From NCBI GenBank assembly GCA_028023455.1, contig JAQFVV010000001.1, positions 13,454,001 through 13,518,000 of the forward strand: a stretch of DNA of 64,000 nucleotides, read 5' to 3'. Position 1 is the first letter of the stretch; each line of letters starts with the position of its first letter. The translations under genes were made by a program, and so were the position numbers. Origin of the DNA: Epiperipatus broadwayi (taxonomy: Eukaryota > Animalia > Onychophora). The notes under the pieces were generated by a model that made no database searches, had not been told where the DNA came from, and saw nothing but the letters and a program-made list of their open reading frames with translations. This document shows, in pieces, positions 52,387 through 64,000 of this stretch.

Positions 52387-55300
52387 TCAGTAAAATCAAA
52401 GTCAAGAATGAAGGTAAGGACTACTCTTTTTTTTACATGTCATCTATTTTTTAATAAATTTAATTAAAACTAATAATATTTTATAATGGGAAACTCACAA
52501 TTTTAAACTTCATTTTTTGAATTATTTTAGATCAGTCATTAATTATTTTTGGATCACTAATTAATGAAAAGAATGAATTGATTAAAAATTAAGTCAAAAT
52601 GTGTTTATACATATATTATGAATATATATTGATTCTTAACATATGAGCATAAAGAATGAAAAAATAGATTAAATTTTTTTTATGAACAAATATATACATA
52701 AGCTAAAATTTATATTAGAAAAGCTAATTTACAAAAAATATGAATTATTAAAAAATCATATCACTTTATTCATTTTGATTTTCAACTGAGTAAAAAGTAT
52801 AAAAATAATGTTTGCAATTTTATTTTAATATTTATTCTCAAAATATTAGCAGAATAAAAATTAATATGCGGCCATTTTTATATCAGCAAGTAGTCACAAA
52901 GATTCACTTCTGAAACAGACATAAAAAAAGACACAACATCCACTATAAATTTTTTTTATCGTAGATGCAATGTAAAGTTCCTTTGTAATCAAGTAAATTT
53001 AATAACTGAATTAAATTTATTTTCACTTGGATCTTTTAAACAATATTTGCTAATAATTTTTGTTTAATAAATTTCATTGATAAAAAATTAAATTACATTA
53101 ATAAATTATGTTTAATATATTCCATTAATATAATTTAAATTAAATTTTTATTTTATTAACAATTTTTTTTTAAACAACAAATTGAAAAATAACTTCTCAA
53201 ACATTTTTTCTTTTAATTATTATATTTAAAAAAAAAAAAGAGTTTATTTATATCAGTAAAATTTCTTATGAAAAAAATAAAGAACAAAGATTTTTAGAAT
53301 GACAATATTAAATATGCATTTAAATAAAACAAATTATTTACCCTACTTTAAATGACTTTAAAATTTGTTGGATTTCTTCATTATGCATCAGTTATATTTG
53401 AATATATAAGTATAATGTATATACTGAATTTTAGATGTAATTTAAAGGAGAAGTGAATAGTTAAATGGAGCTTGAAAGTCTGTGTTCAAATCCCCTTTAA
53501 ATCATCATTTATATATATATATATATATTGTAACAGTATGCACTCTCTCAATGAGATAAGTTAAGGCAGTCGCATCTCACTATAGTCAGATTTAAGTTCT
53601 TCATATAGGATGCCATGAATGATATGATTTAACTTTGATATACAACTATATCTGTTCCCAATAAATAAATTATTATTAACAAATTGATTATATCTAAACC
53701 ACATCAAATCAATTTTCACCTTAATTGACTTAACCGTTATGCTCAAATTTCGAACTCAGGGAAGTTTAACAATTGACTCTCTTCAGGGGTTCCTGTCAAT
53801 ATACTAGAGTAATATTAACAACAAATCTCACTAACTCTTTAGAATGGGTTTCATGAAGTTAATATAATAATCAATAAAGATTATTATATTAAATGTTTGT
53901 TCTTATCTTATAAAATCAAATAAATAAATAAAACAAGATTGAAGACTTCATTTAGTTTGATATAAAAAACATAATAATTATTTATTTAACAAATAGTAAC
54001 TTAAACTTTATAATATATAAAAATTATTTATATATCTACTTCCTTATATTAAAAATATAAATATTCTATTTATTTATGGTAGATATATTTTCTAACTTAT
54101 AACACTATATGATTTTATAATGTATATAAAATATAAGTATCCAAATATTAAGACTTCTACATTAACACTATTATACATTAATTAAATTATACAAATAATA
54201 ATCCAATTATTTATATATAATATTTTCATTCATTAAAATGATTGTATGTAATTTGTGTTTATTAATATAAAAATATATATTTCATATCAATGTTAGTCAT
54301 TTATCCACTTATCCTACATAATGTTTATTAGACTATTTGGATTAGTATAAACAATATAGTGTCATGTCATAAAAAATAATAGTATGTGAATTGAAAAATA
54401 ATTTAATTTCTTACCTCCAAGTTCACTTTATCCCTTTATATTTTTACTTGCCTTTCTCATATTAATATTTTTTAACCTATATCTAAATTTTTATTAATCA
54501 TAAATAAAAACAAAAATATTTTAAATTATTAATTCTCTCTTATTATTCATTTCTTTAATGAAATGAACTTGATAATAAAGGAAATGAAATTAATGTTTCC
54601 CAATTATAATTTTTAAAAATTAAATATTTATAAAAGTTAATGCAATAGTCCTCGATGTTCCTGGAATTTGCGAATGAAAATCCTTCAAAGATACAATTTT
54701 TAATTCCTTTGTTGTTATACATTGAAGAAAATAATAGGATATCCCAAGTTGATGTTTAGTTTCCTCTTTGTATGTAGATGTCATTTTCATTAATATACAG
54801 TTCCTTAATTAACAATTATAATTCCATTTTGAAGATATAGCTTCTATATAATTTTATAGGCATTTAGCAAAAGATGTTATTCACACATATATATTTGATT
54901 AGCCATCACATTTTATACTCATGATAAATAGGTGTTCTACTCATTCTGCATTTTTCTTATAATGTAAAATACATTAAATTTAGTTGAAGTTTTATAAACA
55001 TGTTCTTTTTAAAATGAAGTTTACATTTAGAACTCCAATTAGAACAATTTTTATAGACCATGAAAATATTTTCAAATTACTTTCTTTAAAAAAATATTAG
55101 AAATTTATTCTAATAAGTATCAAATCATTCAAAATATAAATTTTATCTTATACACTGTTCTTTTAAATCGAACACAATATAAGTCTTTGTGAGGATATAG
55201 CTGAAAGAATAGAATCCTTAACCCAGAGGTCATCACCTTGTCAACTGTCTTCTCAACAATGATTTTTCATTTTAAGGAATGAAAAATACTAACTTACTAA

Positions 55301-55879
55301 ATTATATATTTATTTTTTATAAATATAATAAGGATACAAATATAATATATAGCTATTGATTATATGTATGTATGAGTATATATATATACTCCTACAATAT
55401 ATATATATATATATCATGACTGTAAGTTTGTGGTCTACCTTTAAAAAATGTTTAATTGTAAAAAATGAGATTATAAAGAAGAAACCCTTGCTTTAAGAGT
55501 TTATTTGTTAAACATACTGTGAGTCATTATTTTGTATATAGTTTAGGATAATATCTAATATATGTTTTATTTTTATAAAACATGAACATAATTTTTTTTA
55601 TTATTTTATTATTATTAATTATTTTATTATTTTGCACATTAAAAACTAAATAAAAATGGTGATTAATCAGTATAAGAATATATGCCATTTAATGCATTTT
55701 ATGCACACACATATATATGAGTGAGATGTGTATACAATTGGTTTGCATACATGTAAGTTAAAAAGGAGATGACTTTTACAAACAAAAACAAAAAATTAAA
55801 TATAAAAGGTATTTGTCAAAAACTATATTATATCAATTATTATTTTTTTAAATCTTAAAATTATTAAGAACAATATTAT

Positions 55880-56215
55880 TTGAAGGTCATGTGATAAAAT
55901 TAAAAATACATAATTAAATCTATGAAAAACTATAGAATGTGAATTCAAAAAATAGGCATATAAGATGCTGAACAAAAAGACATTCTAAAAATTGGATTGA
56001 TATTCTTCAAACATGGATAAAATTTTATAGATTTTTTTTTAAGTATAAGGGAGTTATATTTCAAAAATCAATATAGTAAACAACTAAACAATGAAGAAAC
56101 AAGTTCATTGCAAGTTGAGGTTCTTAAGAGACTTCAAGGATTATCTTCTTCACCAAAGCACATCAGACCATGATCATATTCAAACCATCATCATCATTAT
56201 TATTACCAAAATATT
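55880..56215 (+). pseudogene. 3' end of an RTE/BovB-like LINE with (CAT)n/(TAT)n tail
   Basis: GHVI..., a degenerate GR.R..W segment, then catcatcatcattattattac. Confidence 0.45.
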
Positions 56216-56597
56216 ACACCTACAACAGCTGCTATAAATAATTGAAAATAAAAACCATAGTAAAATATGTAAGCTACAGCATCATGTTAGTAAATTTTAG
56301 CAGTTAAAATTTTACTCTATTCTAGCTGAAATATCAAAACTCTAGAATTCTATATCATTCTATTTTATTTTATTATTAAAAATTACAAAATTACTTCAAA
56401 AATGACCAGCATATTTCACTTAATTAACAAATTAACTTCAAAAAAATTGTTTTAAATTGTTTATTGAATGGAAGCATCAGTTGCACACAATATTCCTGCT
56501 AATTATTATTATACATTATGCATAATCAATATTCATCATAATAAAAACTTTACAAAAGATTGCTCAGTTTATTTATAGTACAAAAAAGGGGTGGGAA

Positions 56598-56694
56598 ACC
56601 ACCACCACCGCCGCCGCCGCCACCACCATCACCACCATCCCCCACCCCCACCACTACCACCACTACTACCACCACTACTACTACCACTACTACT

Positions 56695-56725
<31 letters not shown>

Positions 56726-56744
56726 TTGTTGTTATTATTATTAT
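56598..56744. repeat. Compound trinucleotide microsatellite (ACC)(GCC)(ACT)(ATT)
   Basis: Directly visible graded series of trinucleotide units. Confidence 0.97.
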
Positions 56745-57705
56745 TTTTTCTTTCTTATGATAAAAAAATCATTCCTTAATAAGTAATTCCTTAGTAAGTA
56801 ATAGTATAGTAATCTTGCATAATATTACATACAGTGTTGTACAATATATATATATATTTTGAGTCAATATTATTCAAGTGTGATAGAGGTACATTCATTT
56901 TTTTAAAATCTGGTCATGATAATCATATTTAGATATCTGTTTTGAGAATACACACACACACATACATTTTTAGGTTATCATAGTAAAGGCAATAATTCAG
57001 TACTTAACTTACACATATATTTCCAAAGGTAATACTCATGTTTATTTATTTTTATCTATTTATTTTTTTTGTTTGTAAATAAACTATTATTTTATTTTAA
57101 ATTTGACCACCATATATATATTTATTTGTAGTATTAACAATTCATTAATGCATAATAGATTAATTGCCTCATGTGTACTTGAATCCTGAGAGATTATTGT
57201 TGACCATAAACATTTAGCAGAGAGTAATATTATGTGTAACAAGAATTAAATTTAGCCATGGTGCTGAAATGGATTTTATGTATTACATTTCCATACTCAC
57301 ATATATAGTTCAAAGGGCATACCTAAGAAAGTACCAGATTAGTGCTAACATAAAGATGTAAATTAACTTATAAATTTCAGACACATGTAATATATTTATA
57401 CTAAGGTTACAAGAAAAGATATAATTTTTTGGATAAATTTGATCTCAGCATCTCTAATTGAATTAAATGTTGTTTGGATGTAATAAAACTTTCTTACTGC
57501 ATAGAGCATTGATGTTTGCATTCTCCCACAAATGGCACATTGATATTCTTTCTCTCTACAAGGCTTTCTCTTTTGTAACAAACTCATAATTACATTTTGA
57601 TATCTTAATCCCATTTATATTGATAATACATTTTTTATATTTACAATTTGGCAGGCTCAATTCATGGAGCCTCCACAAGACCAACTATTTTTGATATTTA
57701 CAATT

Positions 57706-57725
57706 TGGTACCCAATGCAGGGCTC
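57706..57725 (+). promoter_or_regulatory. Decayed tRNA-Lys(CUU) primer-binding site
   Basis: TGGTACCCAATGCAGGGCTC versus the tRNA-Lys1,2 complement TGGCGCCCAACGTGGGGCTC (15/20; all 5 differences are transitions, 3 at CpG); 3 nt after the LTR-terminal CA. Confidence 0.7.
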
Positions 57726-58097
57726 AAAAGATATTTGATGGCAATTTGCATCAATGATTTTTTTTCTAAGGCTAAAATTGAGATAGTTTAGCATTTTTTA
57801 TCAGATATAAATGTCAGTTAATAAACTTCAAATGATGTTTTAATAATATAGAATTACATCATAATTTAGAGTAAAACAATATTAATGCTGTTGGGTATTT
57901 TATATAATAAATAGTTCATATATATTTTTTATTGTTCTCTTTTTCTACCTAGATAATACATTTTAAGTAGATGGTTCTGAGATCTTGGGATCTTCACCTT
58001 GAATATTAAAGATAGAATTGTATTAGATATTAATTGACTATATTATGTGTGATATAGTTATTATTTTTGTTTAATTAGGAATATATTTTTTTATGAT

Positions 58098-59060
58098 ATG
58101 GAAGGTCCTGGAAAAGAAATGTGTTGTGGCTCTGAATCTAGTCAAGATGCCATAATGACAATTCTTCGTGAACTTTGTGAAAAATTTGAGGAATATCAAG
58201 CTAAACTTAAAAAATCATAAGACAAATCTGATAAAAGATTTTAGGAATTTCAAGCCTAAGTCTAATAGAATATTTGAAAATCCCAAATCATAGAAAATTT
58301 TGAAGATTATCAGGCTAAATTTAAAGAGTCTCAAGCCAAATCTGATAGAAAATTTGAGGAATCTCAGGATAATTCTAGCAAAAGATTTGACAAATCTCAG
58401 ACTAAGCCTGATAGAAAATTTGAGGAATTTCAAATTGAATGGAGTAAAAGATTTTAGAACTTTTAAACTGAGGTTAAAGAATCTCATGTTGAGTGTCAAA
58501 ACTTTCAAAGGCAAATGTTGGTTGAGCAAAAAGAAAACTAGGTCTTTCACAATGAAATGAAACATTTTAAGAAAGAAATTGAATCTTCAATTCATTATAT
58601 TCACCAAAAATTTAGGCAAGAATTGGTAATTACTGTTAATCAGTATAATGAAAATGTTCTTGTTATCATTGAAAATAAATGGCAGCATGTAGCTGATTAA
58701 TCTGTTGCTGATATTAATTGCCTATATAAAGAAATATAAGGCAAATAGATATAGTTATCAAGCAGTGCCATTTTGATAATGTGGAGGTACAAATCAATCA
58801 GTTCTAAGTCAAACTGATGGGAGTTTATAAGCTAATGATTTTTATAAATTGGAAGAATTTAAACAATCCTTAGTGTCAACTGGAATAGAAAACATGAAAA
58901 CCAAAATAATATCAGATAAAGGGGTGGGAAGCATTGTAGATAAATGCAAATTTGAATTTAATCAAGGAATATTAGATATTAATGGTCAAGTTGGAGGTTT
59001 AAAAGACCAGATTAAAGGTTTAATACAGTTACTATGTGAAAAGGATGTTTACCTTGTGAT
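58098..59060 (+). pseudogene. Decayed coiled-coil gag-like ORF with ~33-nt (11-aa) repeats
   Basis: MEGPGKEM...ILRELCEKFEEYQAK, then repeated KSDRKFEESQ-like units, interrupted by stops and frameshifts; lies downstream of the PBS. Confidence 0.55.
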
Positions 59061-59949
59061 AATCAAAAGTAAACTGACACATACATATTTCCAAAGGCAA
59101 TACTCATATATTCATTTGTCATTTATTTATTTTACTTATTTGTAAATAAACTTTATTTTATTTTAAATTTGATATATATTTATATATTGTAATATTAATA
59201 ATTCATTGATGCATAATATATTAATTGCTTTATGTGTTCTTGAATTCTGAGAGATTATTGTTGATCATTACATTTCAATACTTACATATATAGTTCAAAG
59301 GGCATACCTAAGAAAGTACCATATTAGTGCTAATATAAAGATTTATAGGCTAAATTTGAACTTAAATATCTCTAATTGAATTAAATGTTGTTTGGATGTA
59401 ATAAAACTCTTCTCACTCCACATAGCATTGATGTTTACATTCTGCCATACATGACACATCAATACTTTTTCTCTCTACCAGGCTTTCACTGCTCTCTCTC
59501 TTTTAAAACAATCTCACAATTACACTTTTGCATTCCAATCCATGCATACTAACATCAATTATATCTACCATTTAGCTGTCCCAATTCATGTAGCCTTCAC
59601 AAGACTGACAATTTTTGAAATTTACAATATATATAAACTCTCTCCTACATTTTCCTGTCCTTTTCCTTATATTCTCTATCTTAATATTTTGCTTCTAAAT
59701 TTGATATTTAGTATAACTGTCAAATAATATACAACGTATATAAATAAATGAATCTAAATAAAAGCACTTAAAAATAATTTTAGTAGTAATTAATTAAATA
59801 ATAAAAATTAATTTTTCCCATTATAATCCAAATTAATCATTACTTTTATATATACATAAAAGCAATGAATCAAAAATAAAATTAATTTGTGATTCAATTA
59901 GAAACTGATCACGGGCAAACACACGTCTCAGCACATTATTCAAATTTTA

Positions 59950-61300
59950 CTATAGTAACTGACTAAAATTTTTATGGATAAATGTTAGCTTTGCACAACT
60001 GCATTTTGAATTCAGCTTTCCATGCATCATTGCGAATTTCAAGATACATTAGATGATTCGCCAGATAAAATGAGTTTAGTTTTATGATTGATGAAATATT
60101 AGGAAATACCACTTCTAAAATCTACAAAAGAACATAAATAAAATAGCCTATTGGATAAGCATAGTTTGAAGCAGTAGATATTTTATGCATTGTTTTTATG
60201 ATATCTTGCCATCTTGCAATATTACTTTCTGAAAGTAAAGTTTATTTGAAAAGCAATATGTATACACATCCATGTGCGTAAAAAGTTTTACTATTTTGTG
60301 TAAACATGATAGCAATGCCATAAATCTAAATGAGTTAAATTAATTCAGCAATTAAAAGTAAAAGTAGTAGGAAATGAACAATTTTATTTATTAACTGTAA
60401 TGCTAAAGTTCAAGCCTGGGTAAAAACATTATTTAAACTAAAAAAAAAAAACCTTATAATAAATTAAGCTAAATTGAAAATAATGTTCAATATATAATAT
60501 ATTGATCAATCATTGTATTTACACATCTGAGTAAAAATGAATCTATAATTTTACATTGCTTTTATCAATTTTTACAAATAATACCAAATTTTAAGATAAA
60601 TTTTTCAGTGACAAGAAATAGATTCTCAGATGAGGTCTATCATCATCAGCACAATTCTTTGTGAGCTGAGAAATATTTTTTAGAAAAATGAACTGTAGTC
60701 ATATTGCAATATTTAAATCACATATTATTCAAAATTATATATATAAATTAGACATAATTATTGCCTATTGCTATATAAATTTTTGCTATGCCTTTTAAAA
60801 TTTTAACAAGCATCACAACAATTGATAATAAAAATAACTGAACCTTAAAATATCATTGCTAAACTATTTGCTTCTACATCACTTGAGAAAATCAGAATGT
60901 TAAGCCTGAGTTAATTATTAACAATAAGTCTAATGTATTTTTCAAATAGTTTGAAATCTGATCACTTTAATCGTAAGTGTTCATTTCAAAACTTAATTTA
61001 TTCAAAAAGGTATGTTATATAGTTACAGATGATTAAGCCAACTGACAGGCAATCCATTCATTTACGAATTATTTAATAAATTAAATACTTGTGCTTTTAT
61101 AAAACTGTCATACACTCAATTATTGTAGTTAATAAGACTTTCATTGCCATATAGCATTACATCAAGAGACAACGCCAAGAATAACATAAAAACAACTTAT
61201 AAAATAATTCAATAATGCGGGATCATTCTATTTATTTTCTTTGTAAATTTTAAAACTGATATTTTCAAAATAGTATTTTTATTTAGCTTAATTCATCTTT
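59950..61300 (-). pseudogene. Possible very decayed hAT-like transposase remnant
   Basis: Minus strand at ~60620-60690 resembles ER.FS..KN...D.R..L...NL; otherwise too eroded to read. Boundaries are guessed. Confidence 0.25.
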
Positions 61301-62385
61301 TTTTTTTTTTTAAATAATACTCGATATATCTTTTGATATTTTTAATTATATGCGGAGGCTTACACTCAAAATGATGAGCTATAAATACTTATCACATTAT
61401 TAGAAAGGAATTTGGTATTTATTATCATCATTGTTTCATAGCTGTAATTCTCTTTGAACATTCCAGGTTCAATTATATTACTAGTACTGCAATGTTGTTC
61501 TAAATGTAGTAAGGTAGATAAACTAAATCATATCTGTAGCAGTGGCCCTTGAAGATCTGGGATAATGTTGTTCCTTTTGTTTAGCATCTCCATCTATATC
61601 AGATAAATCCTTTTACAAATCCAATAATTAATAACCTTGATAATCTATCCAATATAGCAATCATTTTTTAAAATTAATTTTAAAAATGTTATTCTGCAAG
61701 AGATATTGAAAGTTATTAATTAAAAATCTGATCGATTTAGATTATTAGTAAATGGATAAATTTACTAATAAGAAACACTTCTAAGTTGGCAAAATTTTAG
61801 AATCACCAATTTTCTTCATGATAAACTTTGAAATATGGCGGCACATAAATTTATATATATAATAGCTTTAAATTGATAGAAAATAAACAGTAATAATAGA
61901 AAAATTACATATTTTTGACTACTTACATTGTAATCATTATCACTTGAACTTTGCTAACATGACATGTGATTTTCCAAGATTAGCATCTTGCCTATTTATT
62001 AAGGAACTTTTAAATTGATTTATAAAAATTGCCTTTATAATTTTTCTATTTCTATGGTATTATTCTTTATATAATATTCTTGTGTGATCTGAACTGAAGA
62101 TAAATTTAAAGTTACAATATTTTTATAGTAAAAAAAAACTGAAGCATTATGTGAATGATTATTTGTAGCATTTTTTATATTGCTATAGAATAGTTAATAT
62201 TCATTTATCTTTTTTCTAAAAACATTTTGATTCAATAATGCATAATTTTTTTGCATCCACAAAGTTGTACTCTTTTGTTTTTTAAAAATAAGATTTTTAG
62301 AATTTGTTTTCATTTGAAGAAACATAAAATAAAATATAATTTTCATGAAATATTTTTTAATGCTTTTCAAAGTATAAGCAAATTA

Positions 62386-62780
62386 TTTTCAGAAGCAAAA
62401 CTTTCCATATAGTAGTGCTACTTAGTGCAAGCCAGAGTAATCAATGGATGCAGGAAGGTCTGTGCATAAAATCCCTATCTAGTGCCTACTCATTCAATAT
62501 CCCCAGACTAGTTTCCAGCTTGAGGCTTTCATCAGTGAAGAGCTTTGAATCTAAGAGCAATGTACCTAAATCTTAGGATCTAATGCAATCATCCAGAAAC
62601 TAGTCTAAGAATATTGGATAAGTAGGCACTAAATAGGGATTTTATGCACAGACCTTCTTGCATCAATTGATTGCTCTGGCTTGCACTGAGTAGCGCTACT
62701 GTATGGAGAGTTTTGCTTCTGTGAAAAACAACTTGTGTAAGCATAAAGAATGGTAATCAAGTGATGTTTGATGTTTTATA
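62386..62780 (+). repeat. Foldback/MITE-like element (~130-bp inverted arms 62386-62515 and 62596-62725, 80-nt loop) with asymmetric ~55-bp tail
   Basis: gcaaaactttccatatagtagtgctacttagtgcaagccagag...agactagtttc is the reverse complement (~85-90%) of gaaactagtct...ctctggcttgcactgagtagcgctactgtatggagagttttgc. Confidence 0.9.
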
Positions 62781-62864
62781 AGCAAATTAGTTAATAATTT
62801 TGAAAATCATATTTTTTAAAAAATAAAGAAGTAATATTATTTATCAAATTATATATAAATGCAA

Positions 62865-63030
62865 GGCTGCAGAAAGGAGTTTGCTATTAACTGAAAGGAG
62901 ACCCTTTGATTCCTCTTGGAGGCCTTAAAGGAACCGAGCAGGGCAAATTCCTAATGTCCACTCCATACGTTCTTGTCGTTGCAGCTGTTATTACTATATG
63001 TTTATTCATATAGTATACGAACATGGATGG
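62865..63030 (+). ncRNA. HDV-like (CPEB3-type) self-cleaving ribozyme at the RTE 5' end
   Basis: P1 GGCUGCA (62865-71)/UGCAGCU (62980-86) with G1.U wobble; P3 ACG/CGU; L3 UUCUUGU; GU linker; P4 UACUAUAUG/CAUAUAGUA; J4/2 CGAA (C63018); P2 CCA(C)UCCAU/AUGGAUGG. Confidence 0.8.
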
Positions 63031-63186
63031 GCTGCTCACCAACACGCATTAGCCAGCGTGGTGAGTTTATTGGCTTTTTACCTCTGAGTTTAAGATCAAG
63101 AAACACCATGGTCTTTCTTCTCAGTGCCTGATAAGGCAGAATGAATGTTTGTGTAAATGATAAAGATTTTTCCCAATTATACAATT

Positions 63187-64000
63187 ATGACAGACAAAAA
63201 TAAAGCATGGCCCTTAATCCCAGGAGGCTGTAAAGTCACCAACCAAGGCAGCAGTTGGTGGCCGAAGGCGGAGGGTGCTAAGAATATCCTGGAGGCGGAC
63301 CCAGGCTGCCATTTGATGACGACTTTTTATTTAGGTACTTACAACTGCAGATCACTTTCAAGTGAAGGAAGATTGCAAGAATTAGAAGAAGAACTCTCTT
63401 ATATTAAATGGGATATTATTGGACTTTGTGAAGTTAGAAGAAAAGGTGAAGAGACAATTGATTTAAAAAGTGGACATATGTTCTATTATAAAGGCACAAA
63501 TATTGGAAATACAAGTGGAGTAGGATTCATTATAAATAAAAAGTGGAAGAACAATATTGTGGAGATTGATGGTGTATCAGACAGAGTGGCAAGATTAGTT
63601 ATACAACTTAATAGCAGATATCAAATGCAGATAATTCAGGTTTATGCCCCAACAAGTTCTCACAGTGATGAAGTAGTAGAAGATTTTTATATGGATGTAC
63701 AAAAGGCTTTTGATCAGAGTAAACAACATTTTAAAATTGTTATGGGAGATTTTAATGCTAGAATTGGTAAACAAATGAAAGATGAAAGTGTTGTAGGTAA
63801 TTTTGGTTATGGTAATAGAAATGAGAGAGGACATAGACTTGTGGAGTTTGCAGAGAAGGAAAAACTTTATATTATGAATTCTTTTTTTGAGAAAAATGTT
63901 AGAAGAAAATGGACATGGAAGCATCCAAATGAAGGTACAGCAGAATTGGATTATATTTTGACTAACAGAAAATACATATTTCAAGATTGTAATGTTCTTA
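63187..64000 (+). CDS. RTE ORF N-terminus, APE endonuclease (271 codons open to the window edge; missing from the ORF track because it has no stop)
   Basis: MTDKNK...GTYNCRSL...WDIIGLCEVRR...GVGF...SDRVA...IIQVYAPTS...VMGDFNARIG...GNFGYGNRNERG.RLVEF...NSFF..KWTW.HPN....ELDYIL, with no lesions. Confidence 0.95.
   Translation, partial: MTDKNKAWPLIPGGCKVTNQGSSWWPKAEGAKNILEADPGCHLMTTFYLGTYNCRSLSSEGRLQELEEELSYIKWDIIGLCEVRRKGEETIDLKSGHMFYYKGTNIGNTSGVGFIINKKWKNNIVEIDGVSDRVARLVIQLNSRYQMQIIQVYAPTSSHSDEVVEDFYMDVQKAFDQSKQHFKIVMGDFNARIGKQMKDESVVGNFGYGNRNERGHRLVEFAEKEKLYIMNSFFEKNVRRKWTWKHPNEGTAELDYILTNRKYIFQDCNVL

Larger units (their letters stand above)
56985..59626 (+). mobile_element. Internally deleted LTR retrotransposon remnant (LTR-PBS-gag-like-LTR, no pol)
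   Basis: Direct repeats ~56985-57702 and ~59058-59626, both ending ...gacnnnnatttttganatttaCA; a PBS-like sequence follows only the left repeat. The 5' limits are approximate. Confidence 0.75.
62865..64000 (+). mobile_element. RTE-clade non-LTR retrotransposon, 5' end (continues past the window)
   Basis: Abrupt shift from AT-rich to GC-richer sequence at 62865; structured 5' UTR; uninterrupted APE endonuclease ORF. Confidence 0.92.

Noticed and set aside
53740-53800. Minus-strand CTGAAGA...CGAAA hammerhead-like spacing
   Set aside because: No convincing stem I or III partner follows GAAA.
56560-56779. Pro/Thr/His/Leu-rich ORFs
   Set aside because: Artefacts of the compound trinucleotide microsatellite.
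58916-58934. Polypurine run aaaggggtgggaag as a PPT for the LTR remnant
   Set aside because: It lies ~120 bp upstream of where LTR homology begins and inside the gag-like reading frame.
63595-63984. 129-aa minus-strand ORF
   Set aside because: Antisense shadow of the RTE endonuclease ORF.

Overview
Very AT-rich (roughly 25-30% GC by eye), repeat-dominated eukaryotic genomic DNA, most likely from an invertebrate animal. The basis is spliceosomal GT-AG introns, metazoan-type transposons and CpG-decayed repeats. No prokaryotic features, rRNA or CRISPR are present. One host gene is partly visible on the + strand: three phase-compatible exons (2795-2940, 6632-6722, 22815-22967) encode the C-terminal ~129 aa of a protein resembling the SAMD3-like helical domain, and its 5' exons are not identifiable here. 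The rest is mostly transposon-derived: two GTF2IRD2/Buster-type hAT elements with TIRs and TSDs, two copies of a highly divergent L1/Tx1-group LINE (APE-RT-zf, YMDD), a Merlin-like element with duplicated ends, Penelope-like, RTE, LTR and hAT remnants, tRNA-derived SINEs, a foldback family, several local inverted duplications and microsatellites. At the right edge is the 5' end of an apparently intact RTE retrotransposon. The strongest second-look items are (1) an HDV/CPEB3-like self-cleaving ribozyme fold starting exactly at the RTE 5' end, (2) the divergent LINE whose target-site duplication straddles a hAT terminus, and (3) a ~606-bp-arm near-perfect hairpin. All family assignments come from manual motif reading; no database searches were run.
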